Positions 50,740 to 59,542 of a stretch of DNA of 64,000 bases are shown in pieces (positions within the stretch are counted from its first letter, which is position 1; every line of letters begins with the position of its first letter). Source of the stretch: an uncultured Dehalococcoidia bacterium (lineage in GTDB: Bacteria; Chloroflexota; Dehalococcoidia; Lucifugimonadales; UBA2985); NCBI GenBank assembly GCA_964578255.1, contig CAZOCC010000029.1, forward strand, positions 29,864 through 93,863. Reading direction: 5' to 3'. The notes below the pieces were generated by a model, which was not told the origin of the DNA, did not search any database, and worked only from the letters and a program-made list of their open reading frames with translations. Position numbers and translations under genes: made by a program.

Positions 50740-51249
50740 TTAATTTTGTAATCGAGCATTAGAATCTCCACTGATGGCCGTTAATGCCCTTTTGTCGAAA
50801 TGCTCTATGTCCTGTCTGTGACCAATGTAGTGTTGAGGGACGGTGTCTCCTATCCATTTTCCGGTATAGGAGTTGGTATCGAAAACCGGTTCGGGTAAGG
50901 ATTCAAGAAACGACATAAAATTTTCATGTGCGCGTGTAAGATATGCCAGGGCCTCTTCCGTATCAAGCTGCTTTTTGCCTTTGAAGAGATCTTCGTTCTT
51001 GTCATTGATGTTGTGGGAACTCACAAAATCACCGTGACTGAAACCACTGACACCATGTTTGTTGAATTCATATACTATATTCATAACCTCTTCGTCCCAG
51101 GCTGCGATATGTATCACACACTGGTTTATGCTCCAGTCTTCTCCTACTGAACCTGCCAATTCAAGATTGTGACTGGGAATATTGCCAATCGTGATCGACA
51201 ATTTGGCCCATTCGTCTTTAAGCAATTTTATTGTTTCAACTTTGCCCAT
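50740..51249 (-). CDS. DinB-superfamily four-helix-bundle protein
   Basis: 169 aa. Three conserved His positions (HIAAWDEEV, RAHENF, HYIGHRQD) are shared with the paralogue at 56059..56526. Confidence 0.6.
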   Translation of the reverse strand: MGKVETIKLLKDEWAKLSITIGNIPSHNLELAGSVGEDWSINQCVIHIAAWDEEVMNIVYEFNKHGVSGFSHGDFVSSHNINDKNEDLFKGKKQLDTEEALAYLTRAHENFMSFLESLPEPVFDTNSYTGKWIGDTVPQHYIGHRQDIEHFDKRALTAISGDSNARLQN

Positions 51250-51266
51250 TCATATAGCTTTTCTGG

Positions 51267-52019
51267 TTATCTGTTGATAGTCGACAGAGCACTCTGTATG
51301 CCTTCTATAGCCCATTTAGACCAGTTTGGTATAGTGAAGAACTTGAACCCCTTATCCACGTAGAAATTAGGTTCCATATCAGGTGGTATGAAATACATGC
51401 CGGGTACTACGCCATGGTTCTTGCAGGCAGTAGCAATTTTGTCTAATCCTTTTTGATAAGTGTCAGACTGATAATCCAACGGTACGTTGAGTTCTATAGA
51501 TAGGTCAGATGGACCAACAAGAAGAACATCTATACCAGGTACACTGAGTATCTCGTCAATATTATTGATGGCCTGCTGGGTTTCAATCATGGGTATTATT
51601 ACAAGTTCGTTGTTAACGGTATCGAGGTAATCCCTGTAGCTTTTTGTTTCACCCCATTCACCGCGTATTCCTGCATTACTGCGATCACCAAGTGGGGAAT
51701 ATTTGCATGCTCTGACCATAGCCGTGGCCTCTTCTTTGGTATTCACCATAGGGACTATGATGCCTCTGGCTCCTGCATCGAGTGCGAAACATATTAATTC
51801 AGCCCTGTTGGCACTTACACGGACAATCGGAGCTGTCTTTTTACCACGCATGGCTTGGATAGATGGGTACAACTGCTTAGTCTCTACAGGAGAATGCTGA
51901 GTATCGAATAACAGAAAATCGAAACCTGCATCAGACAACATTGCCGTATCTACGGATGGTGAACCCGCAGTTCCTATGACGGTCTGACCGGACTTCAAAA
52001 GATCTTTAACAATGTTCAT
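51267..52019 (-). CDS. HpcH/HpaI-family aldolase
   Basis: 250 aa. FDTQHSP, RVSANRAELICFALDAGARGIIVPMVNTKEEA, and the GPSDLS region are typical of class II HpcH/HpaI aldolases. Confidence 0.85.
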   Translation of the reverse strand: MNIVKDLLKSGQTVIGTAGSPSVDTAMLSDAGFDFLLFDTQHSPVETKQLYPSIQAMRGKKTAPIVRVSANRAELICFALDAGARGIIVPMVNTKEEATAMVRACKYSPLGDRSNAGIRGEWGETKSYRDYLDTVNNELVIIPMIETQQAINNIDEILSVPGIDVLLVGPSDLSIELNVPLDYQSDTYQKGLDKIATACKNHGVVPGMYFIPPDMEPNFYVDKGFKFFTIPNWSKWAIEGIQSALSTINR

Positions 52020-52111
52020 TTAATTAACCCTCCATTCCTTAGTATTTAATAAGAATGCATGACTACATATGATCCCAGTTAATATGTTTTCCGTACAAAT
52101 TCGGTTATTTA

Positions 52112-52393
52112 TCACTCTATGGTATAGCGTTCCAATGTTGCTGTTCCTGTTCTTAGGTGGGCCGTGGTATTCCCTCTCTGTCTATTCAATTCTAAGTGAG
52201 CTTCCAATGTTTCTTCGTCTTGCCATCGTTCAAGAAGTATTAGCTGGTCTGGTCGTTCGGTACTTTGGTATATCTCGTACTGTTCACATCCAGGCTCCTC
52301 TCGGACTTCCTTGCAACGGATTCGGAAAGATTCTATTAGCTCATCACGCTTACCTGGAGCTGCCTGCATTGGTACCACAAGTCTGAGTGCCAT
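52112..52393 (-). CDS. antibiotic-biosynthesis-monooxygenase (ABM) domain protein
   Basis: The ATG at 52393 follows AGGAGGAG. 93 aa with ...CEQYEIYQS...LILLERWQDEETLEAHL, typical of ABM. Confidence 0.75.
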   Translation of the reverse strand: MALRLVVPMQAAPGKRDELIESFRIRCKEVREEPGCEQYEIYQSTERPDQLILLERWQDEETLEAHLELNRQRGNTTAHLRTGTATLERYTIE

Positions 52394-52438
52394 TTCTCCT
52401 CCTGTCAATATTGGTTTTCGGTTTCCGACAGGGTGCAT

Positions 52439-53074
52439 CTATAACAATTGTATAGGTCCCTTGACTGCATCAACTACTTTCTTGAAGATTTCATAAGGTT
52501 GGGCTCCTGAAAAGAAATAACCTCCTATGATGAATGACGGTATCCCACTGACTCCTATAGACAGAGCTTCATCGTACTGCTCCCTGGTCTGAGCAGTGTA
52601 GTGGTTTGTGTCTAGGCTATCCTTCATTTCTTGAGCATCGATACCGACTTGCTCTCCAATATCTTGTAGTACCGAAAGTTTTCCAAGGTCTGCACCATTT
52701 TCCCAGAAGGCACAGTAACATGCCCTGTGGAATTCTTCAAAAACGCCTTTGTCCTTAGCTAATTCTGAGGCTTCAAAGGCCATACGTGTGTTTGGAGTGA
52801 TGGGTGCGCGTCTCATTGTTAGCCCGGCATCATTCGCTACTTCACCTATATGACCCGTGAGCAAAGCACCCACTTCTTCCCCTTCTTTCAATGGCCTGAC
52901 ATTTCCCTCTGGCGGTATATCAGGTCTGAGATAATAGCTCTTGTATGTAATTCCCAATGAATATTCCTGTTTTAGCTGGTCCAACCTGGCCAGTCCAATG
53001 TAGCACCAAGGTCATATATAGTCATACCATATGGTGACAGGAATGATATCGCTATTGTATTCAGGTGTTGTCAC
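52439..53074 (-). CDS. DsbA/FrnE-like thiol-disulfide oxidoreductase, candidate selenoprotein (in-frame TGA at 53012..53014 read as Sec)
   Basis: GTG at 53074 with GAGGAGG 5 nt upstream. Translation MTTPEYNSDIIPVTIWYDYI-TGA-PWCYIGLARLDQLKQEY... continues in frame into track ORF 52439..52984, which carries the family C-terminus GVSGIPSFIIGGYFFSGAQP. The TGA replaces the first Cys of CPWC. Confidence 0.7.
52972..52998 (-). other. candidate bacterial SECIS-like hairpin
   Basis: mRNA UUGGACUGGCC-AGGUU-GGACCAGCUAA forms a 10-bp stem (one G-U pair, two bulged A) with a 5-nt AGGUU loop. The stem starts 13 nt after the UGA and the loop begins 24 nt after it. Confidence 0.45.
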
Positions 53075-53296
53075 ATTAGCCTCCTCTGATTGATGAACTT
53101 CACAAGCTCCAATTAGTGAGATTATACACTTATGGGGTTTCTCTGCGTTGATTGACTTATTATCACTGGAGTTCAACAGTCAGTGGTACTCCGGTGTATG
53201 CCCAACCTGATTTCCTAAATTGTATATCTGGTATAATCCGCATATCCTTGATCTACAAGCTTTGAAACGTAAAGCGCAAAGTTGGTTGCAACTCGA

Positions 53297-53476
53297 ATGA
53301 AGTTTATTCTATTAGTCCTTTTTGTGATATTGGTAGGCCTAGTGGTAACGGTACTGAGTGATTCTCTGGTGTTAGGTGCTGTAGCGGGAAAAATCGTTAT
53401 CTGTCTATTATTGGCCATGCGCTTTACCGGAAATACGAAATTACAAGAAGCCCCACTTTACCAGGGCATAGATTAA
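53297..53476 (+). CDS. hypothetical small membrane protein (59 aa)
   Basis: MKFILLVLFVILVGLVVTVL... gives two hydrophobic helices. No clear SD, so this is a weak call. Confidence 0.3.
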   Translation: MKFILLVLFVILVGLVVTVLSDSLVLGAVAGKIVICLLLAMRFTGNTKLQEAPLYQGID

Positions 53477-53554
53477 CTCCGCTATCCCATACTCAGGCCA
53501 GCCAAGCATGCAGCAACGACTTCCACAGAGGAGTTTGCCCGGAGAGATTATTTT

Positions 53555-54799
53555 ATGTCCGATAGGCCGTTAAAGGAGATAATGTCTAAACTCATCCAAC
53601 CGCATGTGCTTGGATCTTTAGTAATACGCGATTTCAGGATGCTATTGGGATCCAGTTTTGTTATATACGCCTGTAACATTATGGAAATGGTGGTGTTAGG
53701 GTGGTTGATAAATGATATGACTCGTTCGGTTGAAAGTGTGACTACGGGCATGTTTCTTCGCATGGCGCCAGTACTTCCAATGAGCCTAGTGGCAGGAACA
53801 TTGGCTGATCGATATAACCGACGGAAAATCTTAATTTGGAACCAATTAGGAGGCTTAACAACTATAGGGATTATGGCTTTCCTTATACTGTCTGGTTCAA
53901 TAGAGCTTTGGCACATATACGCTGTTGCACCGATACGCGGCATGTTCTTTGCTTTAGAGCTACCAGTCAGACGGGCTTTGGTGATGGACTTGGTGGGCCA
54001 GGACCGTATCACAAACGCTCTTTCTATCGATGCGATGATCATGATGTCGGCTAATATATTGGGACCACTAACAGGAGGCCTACTCATAGATGCGCTAGGA
54101 GTAGGTTCCAGCTATATATTCATGTTGGTACTATCTGCCTTTGGGATAATCCTGTTACTTGGCCTTAGAATTCCAAATAATGATACAGGTTCAAAGGTGG
54201 AGTCTATGCTGAGGAGTATAATTGAGGGTTTGCGTTACGCATTGACTCACCCTGTGATTCTGCCGACGTTCGCAATAACCTTATTTATGAATCTGCTGGT
54301 ATTTCCTTTTAGGCAAGTGCTTCCTGTATTTCAGACAGACATATACAAGGTTGATGCCACAGGATTAGGCTTACTTAACTCATCCATAGGGGTAGGAGCT
54401 TTCATAGGTGCCATGCTATTGGCGTTCTTTGGGGCACGATTCTTGAAAAGTCATGTCTACCTGTTGGGATCAATAATTATGGGTGTTCTGCTAGTTTTGT
54501 TCTCGCTTTCCTCATCTTTTGAACTATCACTGCTCTTTCTATTTATTCAGGGTGTTGGTTTTGCAGGCTTCCATGTGATGCAAGGAACTATACCTCTAAG
54601 CGTTGCTGACGAAGATAAGCGAGGTAGAGTGATGGGCGCTATGCAGCTAGCGATAGGTGCTGGACCATTGGGCGTTTTATTGGTCGGAGTATTGTCGTCA
54701 GTGTTGGGTGTACAGATGGCGGTAGGGTGTATGGCAGGTACGCTGACCATCATAATGATTATTATTCTTCTAGGTTTCCCCAAGCTAAGGCGTGTGTAG
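53555..54799 (+). CDS. MFS transporter
   Basis: 414 aa. SD GGAGAG, about 12 TM segments, and the DRYNRRK loop. Confidence 0.85.
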   Translation: MSDRPLKEIMSKLIQPHVLGSLVIRDFRMLLGSSFVIYACNIMEMVVLGWLINDMTRSVESVTTGMFLRMAPVLPMSLVAGTLADRYNRRKILIWNQLGGLTTIGIMAFLILSGSIELWHIYAVAPIRGMFFALELPVRRALVMDLVGQDRITNALSIDAMIMMSANILGPLTGGLLIDALGVGSSYIFMLVLSAFGIILLLGLRIPNNDTGSKVESMLRSIIEGLRYALTHPVILPTFAITLFMNLLVFPFRQVLPVFQTDIYKVDATGLGLLNSSIGVGAFIGAMLLAFFGARFLKSHVYLLGSIIMGVLLVLFSLSSSFELSLLFLFIQGVGFAGFHVMQGTIPLSVADEDKRGRVMGAMQLAIGAGPLGVLLVGVLSSVLGVQMAVGCMAGTLTIIMIIILLGFPKLRRV

Positions 54800-54870
54800 G
54801 ATTATTTGTGGGTTTTATTTCGTGAGGTGGATAAATGATTAACAATGGTATGGTTGCTTCTATATTAAAT

Positions 54871-55989
54871 TCATCTGCCTCTGGCTAACGGACATATAAC
54901 GACGCCCGCCAATATAGACAAAATAGCAGCTAGTATTATGGGCAATGCCAATGATATGTCACCCAATGTACCGGCTAATATTGCGCCTACCGCAGCGAAA
55001 CCCTCTCCTATGGACGATATTAGGCCTAGGACTGTGGACTCACGGTGTCCAATTTTTTCCAATGCCATGGCAATAATAGCTGAGCGGATTGTTAACATTA
55101 GCAGTCCTGTTATTATTAATAGTGGAAATATTATGAAACCACTGGTTACCAGTGTTATCAACCAGGCGCAGACCCCTCCTGCTATCAGGCCCCAAATCGC
55201 CAGGGTTTTCCTGCCTATCTTATCTGATAAATGCCCTATAAAGGGACCTGCTATTGCTCCACCAACCAAAAACAACGAAAACCCCAGTCCTGTTAAGCCT
55301 GAGGAAAAGCCCCTAATCTCTTGGAAATATAGAGGTGCCATACTCATAAATGCTACCAATGACATGTTATGGAGTATGATCATCAACAGTATAGCCAGGA
55401 CGCCTGGTGTAGCAATAGATTTTGCCAAGCCACGTATATTTAATCCGACCTCTGAGTTTTTTGGGGGAGCCATTACCATTGGTGCTAACCTGAGGAAAAT
55501 TAATCCCATGATTATGGTAGGTATTGTGTTAATTTGCAGCACCAGATCCCACTCTAGGAACATGAGTAAAATGCCCACTAACAGTGGAGCAGCTACCTCT
55601 GCGACGGTTCCTCCCACCAGGTGAATGGCAAGTACGAAACCCTTCCTGTCTGGCATCCACTGTGCCATAGTTCCCATGGCTACCGGATGCCATGCGGACG
55701 CTCCGGCACTTGCGAGTGTCAAAAATCCAACAATAATCCAATAGTTGGTCGAGCCTGAAGCTATTAGTTGAGCCAATGCTACACACCAAAATGTGCTGAG
55801 CAAGAAACCGCCTCGTCTACTAAGGCTGTCTCCAATGAGTCCTGCTGGCAGTTGTACAACTCCTGCTGCTATTTGTCTTGCAGCAAAGATTATCCCTATT
55901 TGGAAGGGACTGAGGTCCATGGATATGGCCATTGCAGGTGCCAGTAGCCATAAGGCACCACCTCCCCAATCTACTGCACCATGGCCCAC
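54871..55989 (-). CDS. MFS transporter; true start probably upstream (see finding)
   Basis: 372 aa from the GTG at 55989, with about 11 TM segments. The first helix (QQWWLYIVAFPVGHGAVDW) begins upstream of that GTG. Confidence 0.8.
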   Translation of the reverse strand: MGHGAVDWGGGALWLLAPAMAISMDLSPFQIGIIFAARQIAAGVVQLPAGLIGDSLSRRGGFLLSTFWCVALAQLIASGSTNYWIIVGFLTLASAGASAWHPVAMGTMAQWMPDRKGFVLAIHLVGGTVAEVAAPLLVGILLMFLEWDLVLQINTIPTIIMGLIFLRLAPMVMAPPKNSEVGLNIRGLAKSIATPGVLAILLMIILHNMSLVAFMSMAPLYFQEIRGFSSGLTGLGFSLFLVGGAIAGPFIGHLSDKIGRKTLAIWGLIAGGVCAWLITLVTSGFIIFPLLIITGLLMLTIRSAIIAMALEKIGHRESTVLGLISSIGEGFAAVGAILAGTLGDISLALPIILAAILSILAGVVICPLARGR

Positions 55990-56058
55990 AGGGAAGGCTA
56001 CAATATATAGCCACCATTGTTGTCTATTTGAATAACGAATAAGTGTGATCCAGCTTCC

Positions 56059-56526
56059 TTATAAGGACTCTTTAAACCGGGTTAAATCTTGCCCGTGTCC
56101 CTGGTAGTGCTGCCAGGTTTCTAGCCTAATTGAGTGTCCAGTAAAGGAATCGTCAGCGAACACGTGCTCGTCACAGGTTGATAGAAATTCTACAAGTGCT
56201 GCGTGGGTACTTTTGAAATGTTCCCAAATCCGTGCCGGTTCCAAATCCCGCCTTTCAGCAACTTGACGTTCATTCAGAGCATCTACGTCATCTCCAGAAA
56301 GGTCGACCCAATATGGTTTATTCTCGGTTTCTTCGAAGTTCTTTACTAGAAGCATTACTTCGTTGTCCCATGCCGCAACATGCAGAAGAGCTTCGTGAAC
56401 GTTCCAGTGACCCACTGCTCCCGGCCTAACCCGATCTTGTTCGGGGAAGCTTTGCGCTATATTTGTGAAGGCATACCATTCTCGCTCTATATTTTCAATA
56501 ACATCTTTCTTTGACATTTTCATCAC
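56059..56526 (-). CDS. DinB-superfamily four-helix-bundle protein
   Basis: 155 aa. HVAAWDNEV, STHAALVEF and HYQGHGQD align with the paralogue at 50740..51249. Confidence 0.6.
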   Translation of the reverse strand: MMKMSKKDVIENIEREWYAFTNIAQSFPEQDRVRPGAVGHWNVHEALLHVAAWDNEVMLLVKNFEETENKPYWVDLSGDDVDALNERQVAERRDLEPARIWEHFKSTHAALVEFLSTCDEHVFADDSFTGHSIRLETWQHYQGHGQDLTRFKESL

Positions 56527-56634
56527 TCCTCTAAAGATCCCATTATAGTGGTTATACTTGTTGTGAAATATCTTTTAAATGCCAACATAACACCTATAAT
56601 ATTACAATATATGATCGGTGTGGGAGTTTCCTGA

Positions 56635-57378
56635 TTGATAGACAAAGAAGTACTGGTGAAGTTGCTGGAAATCTCTGAACAAAACAAGCATCTCTTTTCA
56701 CTTAAGCACAGCAACAGGGCTAAGAGACTTATATTCAAACCTTCCATTCGTCACGGATTTGAAATCGTGCTTCCAAGACTGTATGACGATAACTGGGTAT
56801 TGAATGCTATTGCCAAGAATAGATCCAAGATTGACAAGAACTTAACCGAAATCAAGCAAGCCAGAGAAGCTCTGAAGCCTGTATATGTTGATCTGCCAAT
56901 TATCGGAGGTCACTGGCAGGTTATCTATAAAAAAGGAGTCAATGAAGAAAGGTACAGTCACATAACCGAAATATCAAGCACTATAGAAGTTACAGAAGAC
57001 TTGGAGGATGTATTTGCCGCGCCTAAGCTGCTGCAAGAATGGCTCCATGAGAAGGCACTGGAATACTTACCTAGACATCTGGATACTGTAGCTCTCCAGC
57101 TAGGATTTTCATACAACAAAGTGAGAGTAAAACGGCAGAGAACTCGCTGGGGCAGTTGTTCTGCCAAACGAAATATAAATTTGAATCGAAACCTTATGTT
57201 TATGCCGTTTGAGGTCGTTGACTATGTATTGCATCATGAAATTGTTCATCTGAAATTCCTGGACCATTCATCTAAATTCTGGAATGAGGTTGAGAGGCTA
57301 TTCCCCAATTACCGAATAGGCCGGCAACAATTAAAGCATTTAGGTGACAACAAAGTACCTGAATGGGCAGTTGTTTAG
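56635..57378 (+). CDS. M48-family metallopeptidase (YgjP/DUF45-like)
   Basis: 247 aa with RWGSCS...NINLN and the HExxH site (VLHHEIVHL), typical of DUF45/YgjP. Confidence 0.8.
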   Translation: MIDKEVLVKLLEISEQNKHLFSLKHSNRAKRLIFKPSIRHGFEIVLPRLYDDNWVLNAIAKNRSKIDKNLTEIKQAREALKPVYVDLPIIGGHWQVIYKKGVNEERYSHITEISSTIEVTEDLEDVFAAPKLLQEWLHEKALEYLPRHLDTVALQLGFSYNKVRVKRQRTRWGSCSAKRNINLNRNLMFMPFEVVDYVLHHEIVHLKFLDHSSKFWNEVERLFPNYRIGRQQLKHLGDNKVPEWAVV

Positions 57379-57414
57379 CGGAATATTCTTGGTAAATCCG
57401 GTATAGTATGGCAC

Positions 57415-58614
57415 CTAATTGACTTGGTCTCGTCGACCAGTTTCCGGTATGAATATACCTGCAATTACCAGAGTTAGCGGCATTAGGGCCAATACGCAGA
57501 ATGCGGGAATATAGGAGCCCATAGCATCTGTGAGTGAACCGACAAATATAGGTGATATTACGCCAGCGAAGTTGCCCATTGTTAATATTGTCGCTGTCAC
57601 TATAGCGACTTGGCTTAAACCAACGCCTGGTAATTCCATTGCAATTGTCAGGGCCGCTATTATGAATATGCTAAATGTGGCACCTAGGCCCATCACACAA
57701 ATTGTGACGATAATGTCATTTTCAAATAGGAATGACCCGAATGCTAATATTGGCAACATCAGTCCTGACAATATTAGCATTGGTTTGCGTTTTCCTAGTT
57801 TAGATTGTAGTAGTCCACTTATTGGATTTGCGACCCCTGCTATTAGGGGCATTACGGCCACTAGCGATGCGGCTTGTTCTGGTGTCATTCCCCTGGTTTC
57901 GTTGTAGTAAGCAGGTAACCAGGAACTAAATCCTATAAAGACTGCAAAGGCCCCGCCCATACCTAGCGCAAGCAACAGGGTGTTGCGGTTGACCAAAAGC
58001 GGGATATTATCCCTGATGGATAAGGCAGGCTCTGAAGTTGAAGTGGTTTCTCTACTACGGCCTCCGATCAGCCATATGATTGTGCCTGCCAACGGTATCA
58101 ATCCGAATGAGAACAGGGTCATGTCCCATCCAATTATGTTTGTTATAGGCACTGCGATAAGTACTCCGGCTGCTACGCCCAGTGCACGACCACATTCGTT
58201 AATGCCATTCAATAAAGGAAGTTCATTCGGCTTGAACCATTCCATTATTATTGCACTTGTGGCTGGTATGGTTATTGCTACACCCATACCAAATATGAGT
58301 CTCACTACCACTAGCAAAAGGAAAGAATCTATCAATGGAGTCAGTAAATGTGCCGACATAAATAATCCGGCCAGTGTCATAGCCCTTCTTGAGCCTATCT
58401 TGGCTATCAGCAGTCCGCCAGGCAATAGGGATATCGTGATGACGATTATTGTCGCTGAAACCAAAAGGCTGACTGAGCTTCTGCCGATATCGTACTCACC
58501 CATTATTGTGGTGAATAATGGGGTGGGTGACATGAAATTCAAGCCCATACCAACTTGTAGGAGCATTAGCATAGACTGGATTATCCAGCGTTGAGAGGTA
58601 TATTGCTGCTGCAT
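57415..58614 (-). CDS. MFS transporter
   Basis: 399 aa with 12 predicted TM segments and the IGSRRAM loop. Confidence 0.85.
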   Translation of the reverse strand: MQQQYTSQRWIIQSMLMLLQVGMGLNFMSPTPLFTTIMGEYDIGRSSVSLLVSATIIVITISLLPGGLLIAKIGSRRAMTLAGLFMSAHLLTPLIDSFLLLVVVRLIFGMGVAITIPATSAIIMEWFKPNELPLLNGINECGRALGVAAGVLIAVPITNIIGWDMTLFSFGLIPLAGTIIWLIGGRSRETTSTSEPALSIRDNIPLLVNRNTLLLALGMGGAFAVFIGFSSWLPAYYNETRGMTPEQAASLVAVMPLIAGVANPISGLLQSKLGKRKPMLILSGLMLPILAFGSFLFENDIIVTICVMGLGATFSIFIIAALTIAMELPGVGLSQVAIVTATILTMGNFAGVISPIFVGSLTDAMGSYIPAFCVLALMPLTLVIAGIFIPETGRRDQVN

Positions 58615-58709
58615 CTACTGTGGTTTCTTTTCAGGAGTCAACAAGATGTGAGCGAATTCTCTTCTGAGCATTGGGTTATAGGTAATGCTGATCAATTACT
58701 TATACTTAA

Positions 58710-59090
58710 CTAATCTATCCGGACACTGGGGGATTCGATTTGTGAGTCAGTGGAGTCATCGGTATTGTTGGAACCCATGTCATCTATGAAAGAGACACAG
58801 CTGCCTAGGAAAACGAATACAGCAAGTACGTACAGGCAGGTGAATGCGATGACATTCCTAAGGTTAACCTGTCTGCGTGTCATCTGAAATATCAGAGTAA
58901 TGGTGCCAGCCAATAAACCTAAGGTTCCAAATAAGGCACTTGCGAGCATTGTCAGCGACGCCCATACATCACTGTCAAGCCAACGTGCTATTAAGGAGAA
59001 TAGCGCGAAGCCAATAGATGCTACTAGTGGTATTGATATTAAGGCAAGCCTTGCTGTTGCTTGCTTATCTTTTCTGGTGCGACTACTCAA
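58710..59090 (-). CDS. hypothetical membrane protein
   Basis: 126 aa with 3-4 hydrophobic helices and a TTG start. Lies downstream of the cop genes on the same strand. Confidence 0.45.
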   Translation of the reverse strand: MSSRTRKDKQATARLALISIPLVASIGFALFSLIARWLDSDVWASLTMLASALFGTLGLLAGTITLIFQMTRRQVNLRNVIAFTCLYVLAVFVFLGSCVSFIDDMGSNNTDDSTDSQIESPSVRID

Positions 59091-59302
59091 CCTGTTTATC
59101 CTTCCAATTTATGAGCTGTGTATGTTGTTGGGCTCACAGCTTTTACGTTATCCAAGCTATTTATACCTGAATAGCCACACTGGTGTAAAGGGTCATTAAT
59201 TAATTGGTTATGTGCAAATGACTTTACTTTATCAATTGCATAACCTGTGACACATGGGGGATTCTTGCGAGAATTGATCACTATAGCTAGTGGGAATCAT
59301 GG

Positions 59303-59506
59303 TCACATTTCAATGCTTTTTTCTCCTGAAAGATAGGCTTCTGGCTCTTTGGAAAAGGCTACTCGGCAGCCCGGACCACAGAAGTAGTAGGTTTGGCCCT
59401 CGTATTCATGTGTGCCACCGGGTGGATTCTTTACGTTCACGTCCATTTTGCATACGGGATCTGTTTCTGTATCGATTTTGCCCTGTCCAAACAGCGGAAT
59501 TCTCAT
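59303..59506 (-). CDS. YHS-domain protein
   Basis: 67 aa. DPVCKMDV...[19 protein letters not shown] is the YHS/TRASH-type metal-binding pattern. Immediately downstream of copA. Confidence 0.8.
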   Translation of the reverse strand: MRIPLFGQGKIDTETDPVCKMDVNVKNPPGGTHEYEGQTYYFCGPGCRVAFSKEPEAYLSGEKSIEM

Positions 59507-59542
59507 TTCGTGTAACTCCTAATTGTTAATTGTCGATGCATA

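Noticed and set aside
59096-59281. A 61-codon ORF in the same frame as the YHS gene, separated from it by TGA-CCA-TGA. I considered a Sec read-through extension.
   Set aside because: The YHS domain is already complete at its stop. Two UGAs one codon apart with no SECIS-like hairpin is implausible. The ORF starts at a GTG with no SD, and its sequence has no recognisable motif. Being in frame has a one-in-three chance.
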